A DNA stretch of 36,616 nt from Candidatus Parvarchaeota archaeon (GTDB lineage: Archaea; Nanobdellota; Nanobdellia; Parvarchaeales; Parvarchaeaceae). Within the stretch, counting starts at the first letter, position 1; each line of letters starts with the position of its first letter. Positions 26,985 through 36,616 of this stretch are shown here, piece by piece. Under the pieces are notes generated by a model. That model did not search any database. It was not told the origin of the DNA and saw only the letters and a program-made list of their open reading frames with translations. The stretch lies in assembly GCA_027366075.1 (NCBI GenBank), contig DAHXLI010000028.1:1-36616 (forward strand), given 5' to 3'. The translations under genes and the position numbers were made by a program.

Positions 26985-27429
26985 AGGAAAACCCCATTCT
27001 GTTAGAAATAAGAACGTGAACTAGACTGTACGACTTCTCCCGCCAAAGGCGAAACGGCTCCGAATGGGTTAGTCCTCTTCATATGATAAGCGGGAGCCTT
27101 CACGGCCCGCCTCTCGTCGAAAGTCCATCCGTATCCTTTCTTAAGCGAGCCTCCCGCGGGCATCTCGTCATAGACGGTCGACCTATCCACAAGAAACCTC
27201 TTTGCCGTATCAGAAAGCGCATCATCGATACTCAAAGAATGGGGCAAAGCGCCTTACCTTTTCGTTCGGGCCCCTGCACTTCTTCGCCTTTTTGTCCAGT
27301 GAGCCTTCGTCTTCTAACATTTGGAAAGCCCTCTCGCCCAGCCTCTCTCCACTCGCTTATGCAATTATTAAGAACGTTACTTCACGAAATACTTTTTGAT
27401 TCCCTATTTTGGTGTCGGTTTACTTCTGT

Positions 27430-27823
27430 GGAGAGCTATAATTCTACGGTAAACAACGGCTTTAAGCTAAGTGAAGTTTCTGCCGATAAAGCGTATTCGT
27501 CTAGGAAAAATCTTGAGATTGTAAATAATTTCGGCGGAACGGCTTGCGTTCCTTTTAAAAGTAATTCTACTAGAGATAGTCGAGGCTCTTACTTATAGTA
27601 CAAAATGTACCATTATTTCCAAATGAACAAAGGGGAGTTTATGGAGCATTACCATCTTAGGTCTAATGTCGAAAGCGCATCCAGAGCGATAAAGAATAGG
27701 ATGGTAGAGGCTCTGAAAAGCAGGACTAAGGCGGCACAGGCCAACGAGTTATTGCTAAAGCTGATCTGTTATAATATTACGATTTTGATACAGCAGACGA
27801 ATGAATTAGGAATTAGATTTTAA
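27430..27823 (+). pseudogene. IS4/IS5-like DDE transposase C-terminal remnant
   Basis: VSADKAYSSRKN...VPFKSNS...L*YKMYHYF...FMEHYHLRSNVES...IK. In-frame TAG at 27596-27598 joins two track ORFs. The N-terminus is missing and the left boundary is approximate. Confidence 0.85.
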
Positions 27824-27824
27824 T

Positions 27825-28550
27825 TTATGGAATTATTGGCGTTATTATATAGTCTGTATAGAGAATGTTATTATTTTGAGGTACGCATCTCTGATGTATT
27901 TGCATATTTTTATTATTGAAATAGGAGATAATTACTTTCTCTAAGTTTTCAGCCGTGTCTGTTAATACGTTAACAACAGTATTTGGAGGAAGTCCTACTG
28001 ATAAAATCTTTTGATGTTGAACATAGCCCTGCAGTATTCCGCTTGCCAGATGTGCAGAAAAGTTTCCGTGATGCCTTATGTTTTTATTTATGTAATCCAG
28101 TTCATGTTTTGTAAGAAGACCTAACTGTAAAACTTTATTACTCATATAATCCCATCTCCATAACCAGTTGTTTATTTCTGACTTAGATAAGGTTATGTTA
28201 TTAGATATAAAAATATTATTTATTAAATCCCACCACTGTTGCGTTTTACCTTCGCTTATCTTATGAGAATCGAACGAATTAAGACTAGAAAATTGACTAT
28301 TGCATGCATTACAAGATATTGAAATAACATCGCTTATTCTTCTTGATACCAAGGCAACATAAATTGCGGAATCAATTGCATTTCTACACATTACTAAAGA
28401 CGAAAATAATTGATTATTATCTAAATCATTTGCAGATTCTCTAAATGCTGTTATTGATGCATTAAAAAGAGAATAGAATGGTAGGGTTCCCAACTTACTC
28501 TGTAAAGAACTAATAGTCCTTGCGGATATACTAGATCCTGGTGCTTGCAT
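27825..28550 (-). CDS. DUF4145/HEPN-like protein, AT-rich
   Basis: SSLVMCRNAIDSAI and IRHHGNFSAH. Visibly lower GC than the flanks. Confidence 0.6.
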   Translation of the reverse strand: MQAPGSSISARTISSLQSKLGTLPFYSLFNASITAFRESANDLDNNQLFSSLVMCRNAIDSAIYVALVSRRISDVISISCNACNSQFSSLNSFDSHKISEGKTQQWWDLINNIFISNNITLSKSEINNWLWRWDYMSNKVLQLGLLTKHELDYINKNIRHHGNFSAHLASGILQGYVQHQKILSVGLPPNTVVNVLTDTAENLEKVIISYFNNKNMQIHQRCVPQNNNILYTDYIITPIIP

Positions 28551-28633
28551 TTTATAATAATCTCGTAGCTAAATATATGTTTATAAAGTCTTTAAAATGT
28601 TTACAAAGTAACCTTATTCATCTACTTAATAAA

Positions 28634-28656
28634 CAAAGCCGTGCGGCACGACTTTG
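28634..28656 (-). terminator. Hairpin (possible terminator or element end)
   Basis: CAAAGTCGTGC-C-GCACGGCTTTG on the minus strand (one G.U pair), followed by TTTATT. Confidence 0.4.
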
Positions 28657-28709
28657 CTAATAAACTTGATTCTGCTAATAAAATCGGAAAATCGTGGATT
28701 AAATAATTG

Positions 28710-29420
28710 TTAATCGGGATACTGAAGTTTCTTTTTATATTCGTCCATAGTATCGAACTCTTCGTCTTTTACAACGTCGCCATCATTATCTATGTCTATC
28801 TGTTTATAGACGCCCCCAAGCTCCACGAAGAAACGCCAAACGCCCGCTTCCTTTAGAAACTTAAACTCATCCAGTTTCATAAGGTGCTCGTTTGAGACAG
28901 CAAGGTATTTTAACATTATTTTTCTCGCCTTTAGCGAATTGAATTTTGGCCGGTAAATGCCTTTAGTTCCGCTATAATATTTGTTCTGAACCAAAACGAC
29001 CGGCTTTTGTTCGATTGAACGTTCCCTTATAACCCTAAGGAACGCTTCACTCTCTGAATTTTGGCCGTATATGTCAAAGTCCTGGTTGCCGGAGGTGTGC
29101 ACCCTATAACGTTTTATTCTCGTCGTAAAAGCAAGGGCAATAACGATTGCGCCACAAATCGCGACTATTTCACCTTTGTAAAGGAGAAAGTCGATTATGC
29201 CGAGTATAAGGGTAATGACTCCCGCAGCGAATAACGGTTTGAGTAGGGTGCCGTCAAAATTTATAGCAGTTATATGCTGATAGCCGACTTCGCTAAAACC
29301 TCCCTGCCCCAGCCGTATCAGTCTTTTGTTCGTAGCGTAGTAGTTTTTGTAAGATGCCTCTATGTCTTCGTCATCGTCCAGATATTCTTTTAATCTTTTA
29401 GGCAGGCTTCTCTCTTTCAT
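28710..29420 (-). CDS. Hypothetical membrane protein (2 TM, PH-like soluble part)
   Basis: YATNKRLIRL and a hydrophobic hairpin. Confidence 0.7.
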   Translation of the reverse strand: MKERSLPKRLKEYLDDDEDIEASYKNYYATNKRLIRLGQGGFSEVGYQHITAINFDGTLLKPLFAAGVITLILGIIDFLLYKGEIVAICGAIVIALAFTTRIKRYRVHTSGNQDFDIYGQNSESEAFLRVIRERSIEQKPVVLVQNKYYSGTKGIYRPKFNSLKARKIMLKYLAVSNEHLMKLDEFKFLKEAGVWRFFVELGGVYKQIDIDNDGDVVKDEEFDTMDEYKKKLQYPD

Positions 29421-29433
29421 ATTGGCTAAAATT

Positions 29434-29506
29434 TACCCCGACCGGGATTCGAACCCGGGTCGCCGCCTTGAAAGGGCGAAGTCCTTGGCCGCTAGACTAT
29501 CGGGGC
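29434..29506 (-). tRNA. tRNA-Glu(UUC)
   Basis: GCCCCGA/TCGGGGT acceptor. TCGCC-CTTTCAA-GGCGG anticodon arm. CCGGG-TTCGAAT-CCCGG T arm. No CCA. Confidence 0.95.
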
Positions 29507-29612
29507 ATACAACTCTATACTATTTTGTTTTTATAAAAGCTTGTCAGTAGTTATTGAAATATAAAAGCGTATTATGCCAAATTAAAATACTATGAGATGA
29601 TTTAAACACCAT

Positions 29613-30773
29613 ATGCCGAACATAACCTTCTATTTCGAAGTGCACCAGCCTTTTAGGCTTAAACGGATATTTTCATTTGAAAATGGCGACGACTTTATAG
29701 ACGTGGAAAGAAATAGGGAAATTTTCAATAAAGTAAGCGACAAGTGTTATATGCCTGCGACTAAAGTTCTTAAAGACATAGTAAAAGAATATCCCGAGTT
29801 CAAGATGAGCTTTTCGCTTACCGGGACGTTTTTAGAACAAGCGGAAACGTTTAGACCAGACGTCATGACCGCTTTCCAAGACCTAGTCGATACAGGAAAC
29901 GTGGAACTTCTTAGCGAAACCTATTACCACTCTTTGGCTTTTCTAATACGCAAGGAAGAATTCTTAGCCCAGATAAAGAAACATTCAGAAGCCATAAAAA
30001 AATATTTCCGTAAGAAAGCGGCGGTATTCAGAAACACCGAAGCCATGTATTCAAACGAGATAGCCGACATCGCCGGCAGGCTCGGTTATAAAGGCATAAT
30101 CGCCGAGGGCTGGGAAAAGTCATTGGGGTGGAGATCGTCAAATTATGTTTACTCCCCGCCATCTAATAATATATCGGTCCTATTGCGAAATTACAGGCTT
30201 AGCGACGACATCGCCTTTAGGTTTTCTTCCAGAAACTGGAAAGAATGGCCGTTGACCGCGGAAAAATATGCCGATTGGATATCTCACAACGAAGGCGATA
30301 CGGTAAATCTTTTTATGGATTATGAGACTTTTGGGGAGCACCAGTGGAGCGAAACCGGCATATTTGATTTTCTTAGGCGCCTGCCGGGCGAACTGATAAA
30401 AAACGGCGTAGGATTTAATACCGTCAGTGATACGGCTTCCATAAAGCCAGTCGGAGTATTGGACGTGCCGGGGGTAATGTCGTGGGCCGACTTGGATAGG
30501 GACGTTTCAGCTTGGCTCGGCAATAAGATGCAAAATGCGGCGTTTGAGAAGCTTTCCTCGATGAGAGAGAGGGTCCTATCCACAAATAATGAGGATTTGA
30601 TAAGGAAGTGGAGGATTTTGCAGACCTCGGACAATTTTTATTATATGTGTACTAAATGGTTTGCGGACGGGGACATACACAAATATTTCAATGCCTATAA
30701 TTCGCCCTACACCGCGTATATAAATTATATGAATATATTATCTAATCTTGACAGGAGGCTCACAATTTCTTAA
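29613..30773 (+). CDS. Glycoside hydrolase family 57 (alpha-amylase type)
   Basis: FEVHQP, ETYYHSL, FRNTE, LSDDIAFRFS, MDYETFGEHQW, SWAD. Confidence 0.95.
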   Translation: MPNITFYFEVHQPFRLKRIFSFENGDDFIDVERNREIFNKVSDKCYMPATKVLKDIVKEYPEFKMSFSLTGTFLEQAETFRPDVMTAFQDLVDTGNVELLSETYYHSLAFLIRKEEFLAQIKKHSEAIKKYFRKKAAVFRNTEAMYSNEIADIAGRLGYKGIIAEGWEKSLGWRSSNYVYSPPSNNISVLLRNYRLSDDIAFRFSSRNWKEWPLTAEKYADWISHNEGDTVNLFMDYETFGEHQWSETGIFDFLRRLPGELIKNGVGFNTVSDTASIKPVGVLDVPGVMSWADLDRDVSAWLGNKMQNAAFEKLSSMRERVLSTNNEDLIRKWRILQTSDNFYYMCTKWFADGDIHKYFNAYNSPYTAYINYMNILSNLDRRLTIS

Positions 30774-32535
30774 GAGCCGAACCATATGCGGCGAGATATA
30801 TCGGCATGAATTTTTCCCAGCCAAAATTCTCGGCAAGTTTTCTCGCGGCGATCCTGTATCGGAATATGTCTTCTTTGCCGGTAAGCGCGAGTCTTAGCAT
30901 GTCTTCTGAGATCTTGGCTACAGCATCCTCTCTTCTTTGACCTATGAGTTTTTCTACAAATACCCCCTTTAATTCCGCCTTCATAAAGTTTATGCAATAT
31001 TCAGAAAAACCGGAATGGTCGGTCGTAAATGACACTGCCATGTGCGCCGCGGCTTCTAAAGGCGTGTAGCCGAACGGCTCATATTTTGAGAGGAAGAAAC
31101 TAGCCGTGGATAAAGTAAGCGCCTCATTATACGTTAAATTTAATAGTTCGTCGCCTACAGTAAGGAATTTAGGGTAGAAAATGACTTTTACCCTATTGTT
31201 GGCTCCATTTTCTAAATCGTTTTGCTTTAACTTGGTTATTATGGAATCATTGTCCTCGGGATAAGACAGGATCAATGGGCAGGCAGGGGGATTAGTAGGT
31301 TTTGGCCGCCTCAACTGTGAGACCTGCCGCCTGGCGTCATTTAATATCTTGCTATAAGCTTTGTCGAGGTTTGAGGCCAGGATGTTAGGGTCCGAGGACA
31401 CAAGCTGGTCAAAATTTTTAAGGTCTTCATCAAGCGATGATTTTATGCTGAGATAAGTCAGATAGTTCGCCACTATCTCATTCTTGACTCCCATAGTCCC
31501 CGTTGGCACAGCGATCAAGGCTATCACATAATTGTCATCGCCCAGCATCTTGTCTAATTTTCCCAGCGCGTCTATGAATAAGTCAAAGCCTTTGTCATAA
31601 AATTCGTATCGCCCGCCAGTAAAGAATACCGGCACGTCCTTACCATTGAAATCATAATAAGGGAGAAAATAAGAATTAAGAAAGCCGTTAAACTTCGTCT
31701 TTGCATTCAAGCGCATGTCATCAAGTTCGTCTTCATCTGGCAAGTTTATCAGGTCGATGCCGTTAGGCACGACGAAGTCAGCCTTCTTCCCAAGAACTAC
31801 TTCCGCCTCTTTTTTGACGATTTCGCTGACAACAGTAAATACCGTTGCGTTGGTCGCCCCGGCTTTTTCCGTAAAATGTTTTGCCGCGACTCCATATTTG
31901 TACGGCATAGAACTGTCAATCGCGAGATTGCCGTTAATCAATGTAAAAATGTCCCCTCCGGAATAAGAATAGGCTCGCCCAATCACCGTAGCGTGTATCG
32001 TAAAATTGGACGGCACGGCTGCGTTTTTCGATTTTAGATAAAGGACTGCGCCCGCAGAAAGCCATTCGTGTGCCTGGACTACTGTCTTCATGTTTATGTG
32101 CTTGCTCAATGCTTCTATGAATGCGCCGGCAGCGTAAGACCAGGCAAGTGGCTCATTGTAGTCGGACGGCGAATCCAAGGAATCTATGGCAAAAAGCCTC
32201 CAGAATTCGCCTTTTATCTCATTAACGTGCATCTCTTCGAACCCCTTTGCATCTATTAGAACGATATTTGCGTCATTTGCAGAGACCCATTTACCGAAGT
32301 AAATCTTTACGCCGTCCAATTTGAAATCGAGTATCGCGTCCTTTACGTACTGTGGCGGCGGAGACTCCATAAATTCAACCGCGGCCTGGCTCGGATTGTA
32401 AAAACCTATTGCAAGATAATTATCGCCAAAAGCTTCTTTTACGTAAGCGGATTTTGAAGTCAGTACAGTCCAGATTCCCCCGACCTTGTTCCCCGCTTCA
32501 AATGAAACTTCCGCTAGAAAGTAGTCCTGGGTCAT
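30760..32535 (-). CDS. Glycogen synthase, GT3 family
   Basis: EVSFEAGNKVGGIWTVLTSK, AHEW, GRYEFYDKGFDLFI, RVKVIFYP, YEPFGYTPLE. Confidence 0.92.
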   Translation of the reverse strand: MTQDYFLAEVSFEAGNKVGGIWTVLTSKSAYVKEAFGDNYLAIGFYNPSQAAVEFMESPPPQYVKDAILDFKLDGVKIYFGKWVSANDANIVLIDAKGFEEMHVNEIKGEFWRLFAIDSLDSPSDYNEPLAWSYAAGAFIEALSKHINMKTVVQAHEWLSAGAVLYLKSKNAAVPSNFTIHATVIGRAYSYSGGDIFTLINGNLAIDSSMPYKYGVAAKHFTEKAGATNATVFTVVSEIVKKEAEVVLGKKADFVVPNGIDLINLPDEDELDDMRLNAKTKFNGFLNSYFLPYYDFNGKDVPVFFTGGRYEFYDKGFDLFIDALGKLDKMLGDDNYVIALIAVPTGTMGVKNEIVANYLTYLSIKSSLDEDLKNFDQLVSSDPNILASNLDKAYSKILNDARRQVSQLRRPKPTNPPACPLILSYPEDNDSIITKLKQNDLENGANNRVKVIFYPKFLTVGDELLNLTYNEALTLSTASFFLSKYEPFGYTPLEAAAHMAVSFTTDHSGFSEYCINFMKAELKGVFVEKLIGQRREDAVAKISEDMLRLALTGKEDIFRYRIAARKLAENFGWEKFMPIYLAAYGSALKKL

Positions 32536-32618
32536 CCAATGAGTAGCATATCCACGTATAAAAATTTAACCAAGTTTTTAGATAAAAGGATTTATTTAGG
32601 AAATTAGCATATACCTCT

Positions 32619-33539
32619 ATGGTCGAAAAGGTCATAATAATAGGTTCCGGCCCGTCTGGATATACAGCTGCGATATACGCCGTGAGAGACGGCCTTGCCC
32701 CGCTTCTTATACGCGGTTCACTGCCCGGCGGACAACTCATGCTTACTTCCGCCGTAGAAAATTATCCTGGATTTACTTCTATACTTGGGCCGGATCTTAT
32801 GGACGACTTTTACAAGCATGCAAACAATTTGGGGTGCAGGATATTGGACGAAGACGTAACAGAAGTAAACTTGCGCACTTATCCGTACAAAATACTCGCT
32901 GGAAAAAATGAATATAAAACTTATTCGATAATAATCGCGTCCGGCGCAAATGCGAAGTGGCTAGGCCTAGCGAACGAAACTAGGTTGTTAGGCAAGGGGA
33001 TTTCTGGATGTGCGGTATGCGATGGTGTGTTTTTCAAAAATAAGGACGTTATCGTCGTTGGAGGGGGAGACAGCGCCATGGAGGACGCAAGCTACCTTTC
33101 GAGACTAGTGAAAAGCGTTACCATAATCCATCGCAGGAAAACTTTCAGGGCAAGCAAAATAATGCAGGACAGAGTGTTATCCAATCCTAAAATAAAGATA
33201 ATCTGGGAAAGCGAAATCGTCGACATAATGGGAAAGGACCGAATATCTGGGGTAAAAATAAAAAACTTGGTAACGAATAACGAAAAAGATATGCCAATAG
33301 ATGGACTTTTTATAGCGATAGGGCATTCACCGAATACAGAACTTTTTAAAGGACAGTTGGATATGGACAAACAAGGCTATATAAAAACTCATGATTTTAC
33401 TAGCACCAGTAAGGAGGGAGTATTCGCTGCGGGTGACGTACAAGACACGATATACAAGCAGGCAGTTATCGCTGCGGGTTGGGGCTCTATGGCTGCAATA
33501 GACGCTAGAAAATTCTTAGCAGATAAAAAATTAATTTGA
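32619..33539 (+). CDS. trxB: Thioredoxin reductase
   Basis: IIGSGPSG, CAVCDG, VVGGGDSAMED, GVFAAGDV. Confidence 0.97.
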   Translation: MVEKVIIIGSGPSGYTAAIYAVRDGLAPLLIRGSLPGGQLMLTSAVENYPGFTSILGPDLMDDFYKHANNLGCRILDEDVTEVNLRTYPYKILAGKNEYKTYSIIIASGANAKWLGLANETRLLGKGISGCAVCDGVFFKNKDVIVVGGGDSAMEDASYLSRLVKSVTIIHRRKTFRASKIMQDRVLSNPKIKIIWESEIVDIMGKDRISGVKIKNLVTNNEKDMPIDGLFIAIGHSPNTELFKGQLDMDKQGYIKTHDFTSTSKEGVFAAGDVQDTIYKQAVIAAGWGSMAAIDARKFLADKKLI

Positions 33540-34520
33540 TGAGGTAATAGATTTTCTGAATTCTTCGGCATAGTCTTCCGGTAGGATAATGTTCACAAAT
33601 ACGTTTTCGCCTAGTTCTATCCCGCCAAGCGTAGAAAGGCGGGGGTATATCTCTAAGTGCATGTGGAAGTCTGGATAATCCTTTATTTCGTGAATAACGA
33701 AATTATAAGCCTGGTTCCCATATATTTTTCTGTTTGTGAGCAGAACTGATCTTAGCGCGGAAACGAAATCCGTCTTCTCCGTGTCAGAAAGGTCGCCGAT
33801 GTAGTTAACGTGTCTCTTCGGTACAATCATAGACTCCGCTGCGGTGCGCGAACCAAAGGGCGCTACGGCAAAGAAACTATCGTTGTCCAGAAGAAGTCGT
33901 CCTCTTTCGGTTTCATATATCTTTTCATATAAGCAATCCCCATGGTTCTCCTTATAGTGCCTTGAAACGTCTGATTCTCTCTTTATAAGTCCGATTAGTA
34001 GCGGCCAAGCCATTATCTGGGTATGTGGATGCGCCAGACTAGCGCCCCCAACAGCGCCGTAATTCTTGAAAACCAGCACAGATTTTATGTAGCGTCTTTC
34101 ATAAAGGACTTCTTCTCGGTCTATAAGTGCATCGAGCCAGTCTTTTAATTTCTCCAAAGGCATGGCTTCAAAAATGTCTGTGTGTATCTGGCTGTCTATC
34201 AAGACTTCATTATACCCGTATCCTCCGACGCTTTTTAGAAGACCGTCTTTATCAGTCGTCTCACCAAACGGAGTGTTACCAGAAAGTTCTGGGTATTTGT
34301 TCTCTATAACTTTTACCTGCCATGGGTTCCCGTATCTTGCTATCTCGGAGGCCATAGAATCATTCGCAGGTTCAAATGGGCATTGAGATATACCAAATTG
34401 TCCTGTGCTCTCCTCCCGGATTTCTTCGGGCCTATTATGGCGCTTTGGGACCATTATAGAATAAAAGCCGCTTCGATAGTCTTCTCTTATTTCGCTCCCG
34501 AAAATATTTGCATCTTCCAT
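33531..34520 (-). CDS. galT: Galactose-1-phosphate uridylyltransferase (GalT-like NDP-hexose transferase)
   Basis: CPF, NKYP, FKNYG..GGASLAHPHTQ, HMHLEIYPRL..LGGIELG. Confidence 0.9.
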   Translation of the reverse strand: MEDANIFGSEIREDYRSGFYSIMVPKRHNRPEEIREESTGQFGISQCPFEPANDSMASEIARYGNPWQVKVIENKYPELSGNTPFGETTDKDGLLKSVGGYGYNEVLIDSQIHTDIFEAMPLEKLKDWLDALIDREEVLYERRYIKSVLVFKNYGAVGGASLAHPHTQIMAWPLLIGLIKRESDVSRHYKENHGDCLYEKIYETERGRLLLDNDSFFAVAPFGSRTAAESMIVPKRHVNYIGDLSDTEKTDFVSALRSVLLTNRKIYGNQAYNFVIHEIKDYPDFHMHLEIYPRLSTLGGIELGENVFVNIILPEDYAEEFRKSITSSN

Positions 34521-34719
34521 TAAAAATAGGTTATAAACGGATATATTCCTTTATAGGTGCCAATCAAATAAAGACCTTTCCCGCGCCAAAAAACTAGAAA
34601 ACGCGGTTTAAATTTATGTGGAGAAGCCTTTAGAAAACTTTAAATATTAAACTAATCTCTATAAATTGCATAAAGCAAGCAAATAATGAAATCTTAAAAG
34701 GGATTTTTGGAGGAAACAT

Positions 34720-36364
34720 ATGGCAGACGGAATACAACCAATTTTTATTTTACCGGAGGGATACACGCGTACTAGCGGTAAAGATGCACAGAGAAATAAC
34801 ATCGCCGCGGCAAAAGCTATAGCGAATACGGTAAAATCCACCCTTGGCCCAAGAGGGATGGACAAGATGCTCGTAGACAACATCGGGGACATAACGATTA
34901 CAAACGACGGCGTAACCGTGCTTAAGAACATGGAAGTCGAGAACCCAGTAGCAAAAATGATAGTCGAAGTTGCAAAAACCCAAGAGGAAGAGGTTGGCGA
35001 CGGTACTACTACCGCAGTCATAATAGCGGGAGAACTGCTTAAAAGTGCGGAAACGCTTCTCGACCAAAGCATACATCCTACTCTGATAGCCCGCGGCTAT
35101 AAGCTTGCGGCAAATGAGGCACAAAACGCGTTGGATAAGATGAGTATAAAACTCGATATAAACAATAAGGAAGACCTGATAAAAGTCGTAAAGACCGCTA
35201 CCATAGGTAAGAGTACAGGCGCAGACGAGCACATAGTGAACCTCATCGTTGACGCGATAAAGCACGTTAAGTCCGTAACCGGGGGAACAGCGGGTGTAGA
35301 TTTAGATGACATAAAGATAGAAAAGAAAGTGGGCGGGGGGCTGGAAGACTCTGAGCTTGTGAAAGGGGTTATAATCGACAAGGAAAAAGTCCATCCCGAT
35401 ATGCCAGACATCGTTAAAGACGCAAAAATAGCCCTAGTTAATATGGCATTGGAAATAGAGAAAACAAACGTAGACGCCCAGATAAGGATAGAGAAACCAG
35501 AACAGCTTGGCGCGTTCCTCGATGAAGAGGAAAGGATGCTAAAGGAGATGGTAAAAAAGGTAAAAGAATCGGGCGCAAACGTATTAGTATGCCAAAAAGG
35601 CATCGACGATACTGCGCAGCATTTCCTGGCAAAGTCAGGTATACTAGCTTTTAGAAGAGTATCAGAAAATGACATTAAGAAAATCGGAAAAGCGACAGGT
35701 GCAAAGACAGTTTCTTCTCTAGATGAATTAGAGAAAGAGAGCCTAGGCTCGGCAGGCCTGGTTAAGATAGAGAAACTTGCAGGCGAGACGCTCGCGTTCA
35801 TAGAAGAATGCAAAAAATCCAAAAGCAGTAACCATCCTGATAAGGGGCGGTACGGAACACGTTATTGACGAGGTCCAAAGGGCGATTGAAGATAGCCTTG
35901 GAGACCTTCGGGCGGTCATAGAAGACGGCGGCGCGATAGTCGCAGGCGGAGGTTCCTGCGAAATGGAAGTTTCAAGACATTTAAGAGAGTTCGGCAAGAA
36001 GCTAGAAGGAAGGGAGCAACTCGCAGTAAACGCATTTGCAGACTCGCTGGAGATAGTCGTAAAGACCTTGGCAGAAAATGCCGGACTGGACCCTATAGAC
36101 ATATTAGTCGACATAAGAGCTGCCCATCAAAAAGGCAGAGTATGGGCAGGCGTCAATCTATCAGATGTGTACAAGCCAGCAGTATCCGACATGGACAAAG
36201 AGGGTGTCATAGAGCCCCTTAGGACAAAGAAACAGGCAATAAAAAGCGCCAGCGAAGTCGCCGTGATGATATTAAGAATAGACGACATAATAGCCGCGGG
36301 CAAATCGGCAAATCAGCCGCCTCAAATGCCTGGCGGGATGGGCGGGCCAGGCGGTTACGAGTAA
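34720..36364 (+). CDS. ths: Thermosome (group II chaperonin) subunit, with a +1 frameshift in the A6 run at 35812-35817
   Basis: [17 protein letters not shown]. Removing one A restores [22 protein letters not shown] and joins the 35963-36364 ORF (ILRIDD, GGM tail). SD GGAGG upstream. Confidence 0.95.
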
Positions 36365-36367
36365 AAC

Positions 36368-36540
36368 ATGTCAGAAAATAGCCGGCCATTAGATTTATTA
36401 AATACAGCGAAAGGCAAAACTGTTCTCGTAGAGTTGAAAAATAGCCACGCGATAACCGGGAAACTAGTTGCATTTGACGTTCATATAAACGTAACACTTG
36501 AGAACGCCGAAGAAAAGAAGGACGGTGAAACTATGAGAAC
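36368..36540 (+). CDS. Sm/Lsm archaeal protein, truncated by chimeric junction; not in ORF track
   Basis: MSENSRPLDLLNTAKGKTVLVELKNSHAITGKLVAFDVHINVTLENAEE (Sm1 motif). Confidence 0.9.
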
Positions 36541-36616
36541 AAATACCCAGAACTTTCTGGTAACACTCCGTTTGGTGAGACGACTGATAAATCTAATGGC
36601 CGGCTATTTTCTGACA
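36535..36616. repeat. Two inverted duplications at the window end (chimera)
   Basis: 36535-36591 is the reverse complement of 34248-34304 (galT). 36587-36616 is the reverse complement of 36369-36398 (Lsm). Confidence 0.9.

Noticed and set aside
27083..27598. 171 aa ORF as a real gene
   Set aside because: Only the last ~55 codons are transposase-like. The rest appears to be chance open frame.
26985..29434. Integrated element with attL/attR at tRNA-Glu
   Set aside because: I found no duplicate of the tRNA 3' end, no integrase and no IS terminal inverted repeats by eye.
32540..32615. TAGCATAT direct repeat between glycogen synthase and trxB as an RHH site
   Set aside because: Only 8 bp, AT-rich, and not matching the GTATGA palindrome, so it is compatible with chance.
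35811..35820. Programmed frameshift or split thermosome
   Set aside because: A single extra A in a homopolymer of an essential, otherwise intact gene. A sequencing error is far more likely.
34659..35822. Long antisense ORFs over the thermosome (also over secD, the MNT gene, minD, trm1, galT and others)
   Set aside because: Shadow frames of well-supported genes, with no motifs of their own.
36535..36616. CRISPR spacer acquisition, retroelement or invertible segment
   Set aside because: No repeats, RT or recombinase. Exact local inverted copies at a sequence end indicate a chimera.
1..36616. CRISPR array, rRNA, tRNA introns, provirus
   Set aside because: No periodic repeats or rRNA-like tracts, both tRNAs are contiguous, and there are no capsid, terminase or integrase genes. 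The micro-pilins resemble small viral coat proteins in size but sit among core genes and carry class III-like leaders.

Overview
Compact, gene-dense archaeal chromosome segment. It carries aIF5B, TFB, Trm1, L35Ae, L15e, GINS, Hef, SecDF, thermosome, Lsm and two intron-less tRNAs without encoded CCA. The short, streamlined proteins and many class III signal-peptide genes suggest a DPANN archaeon, possibly Parvarchaeota-like (inference). The most striking element is a surface-appendage system with about 10 prepilin-like genes. Five of them are 47-62 aa 'micro-pilins', three of which are missing from the ORF track. Four of the five lie in tandem behind an unknown 571 aa protein. The fifth lies in an operon of Cys-rich membrane-anchored proteins, one of which carries a hydrophobic Gly/Ala hairpin. 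Other notable items: an RHH-sugar nucleotidyltransferase fusion with a palindromic operator in its own promoter; tRNAs embedded in mRNA operons; GalT-like and TtuA-like pseudoenzymes; an MNT-HEPN fusion; a small accessory islet (IS remnant, DUF4145/HEPN gene) beside tRNA-Glu; and a glycogen cluster. Two homopolymer frameshifts (Hef, thermosome) and a chimeric last ~80 bp look like sequencing or amplification artefacts.
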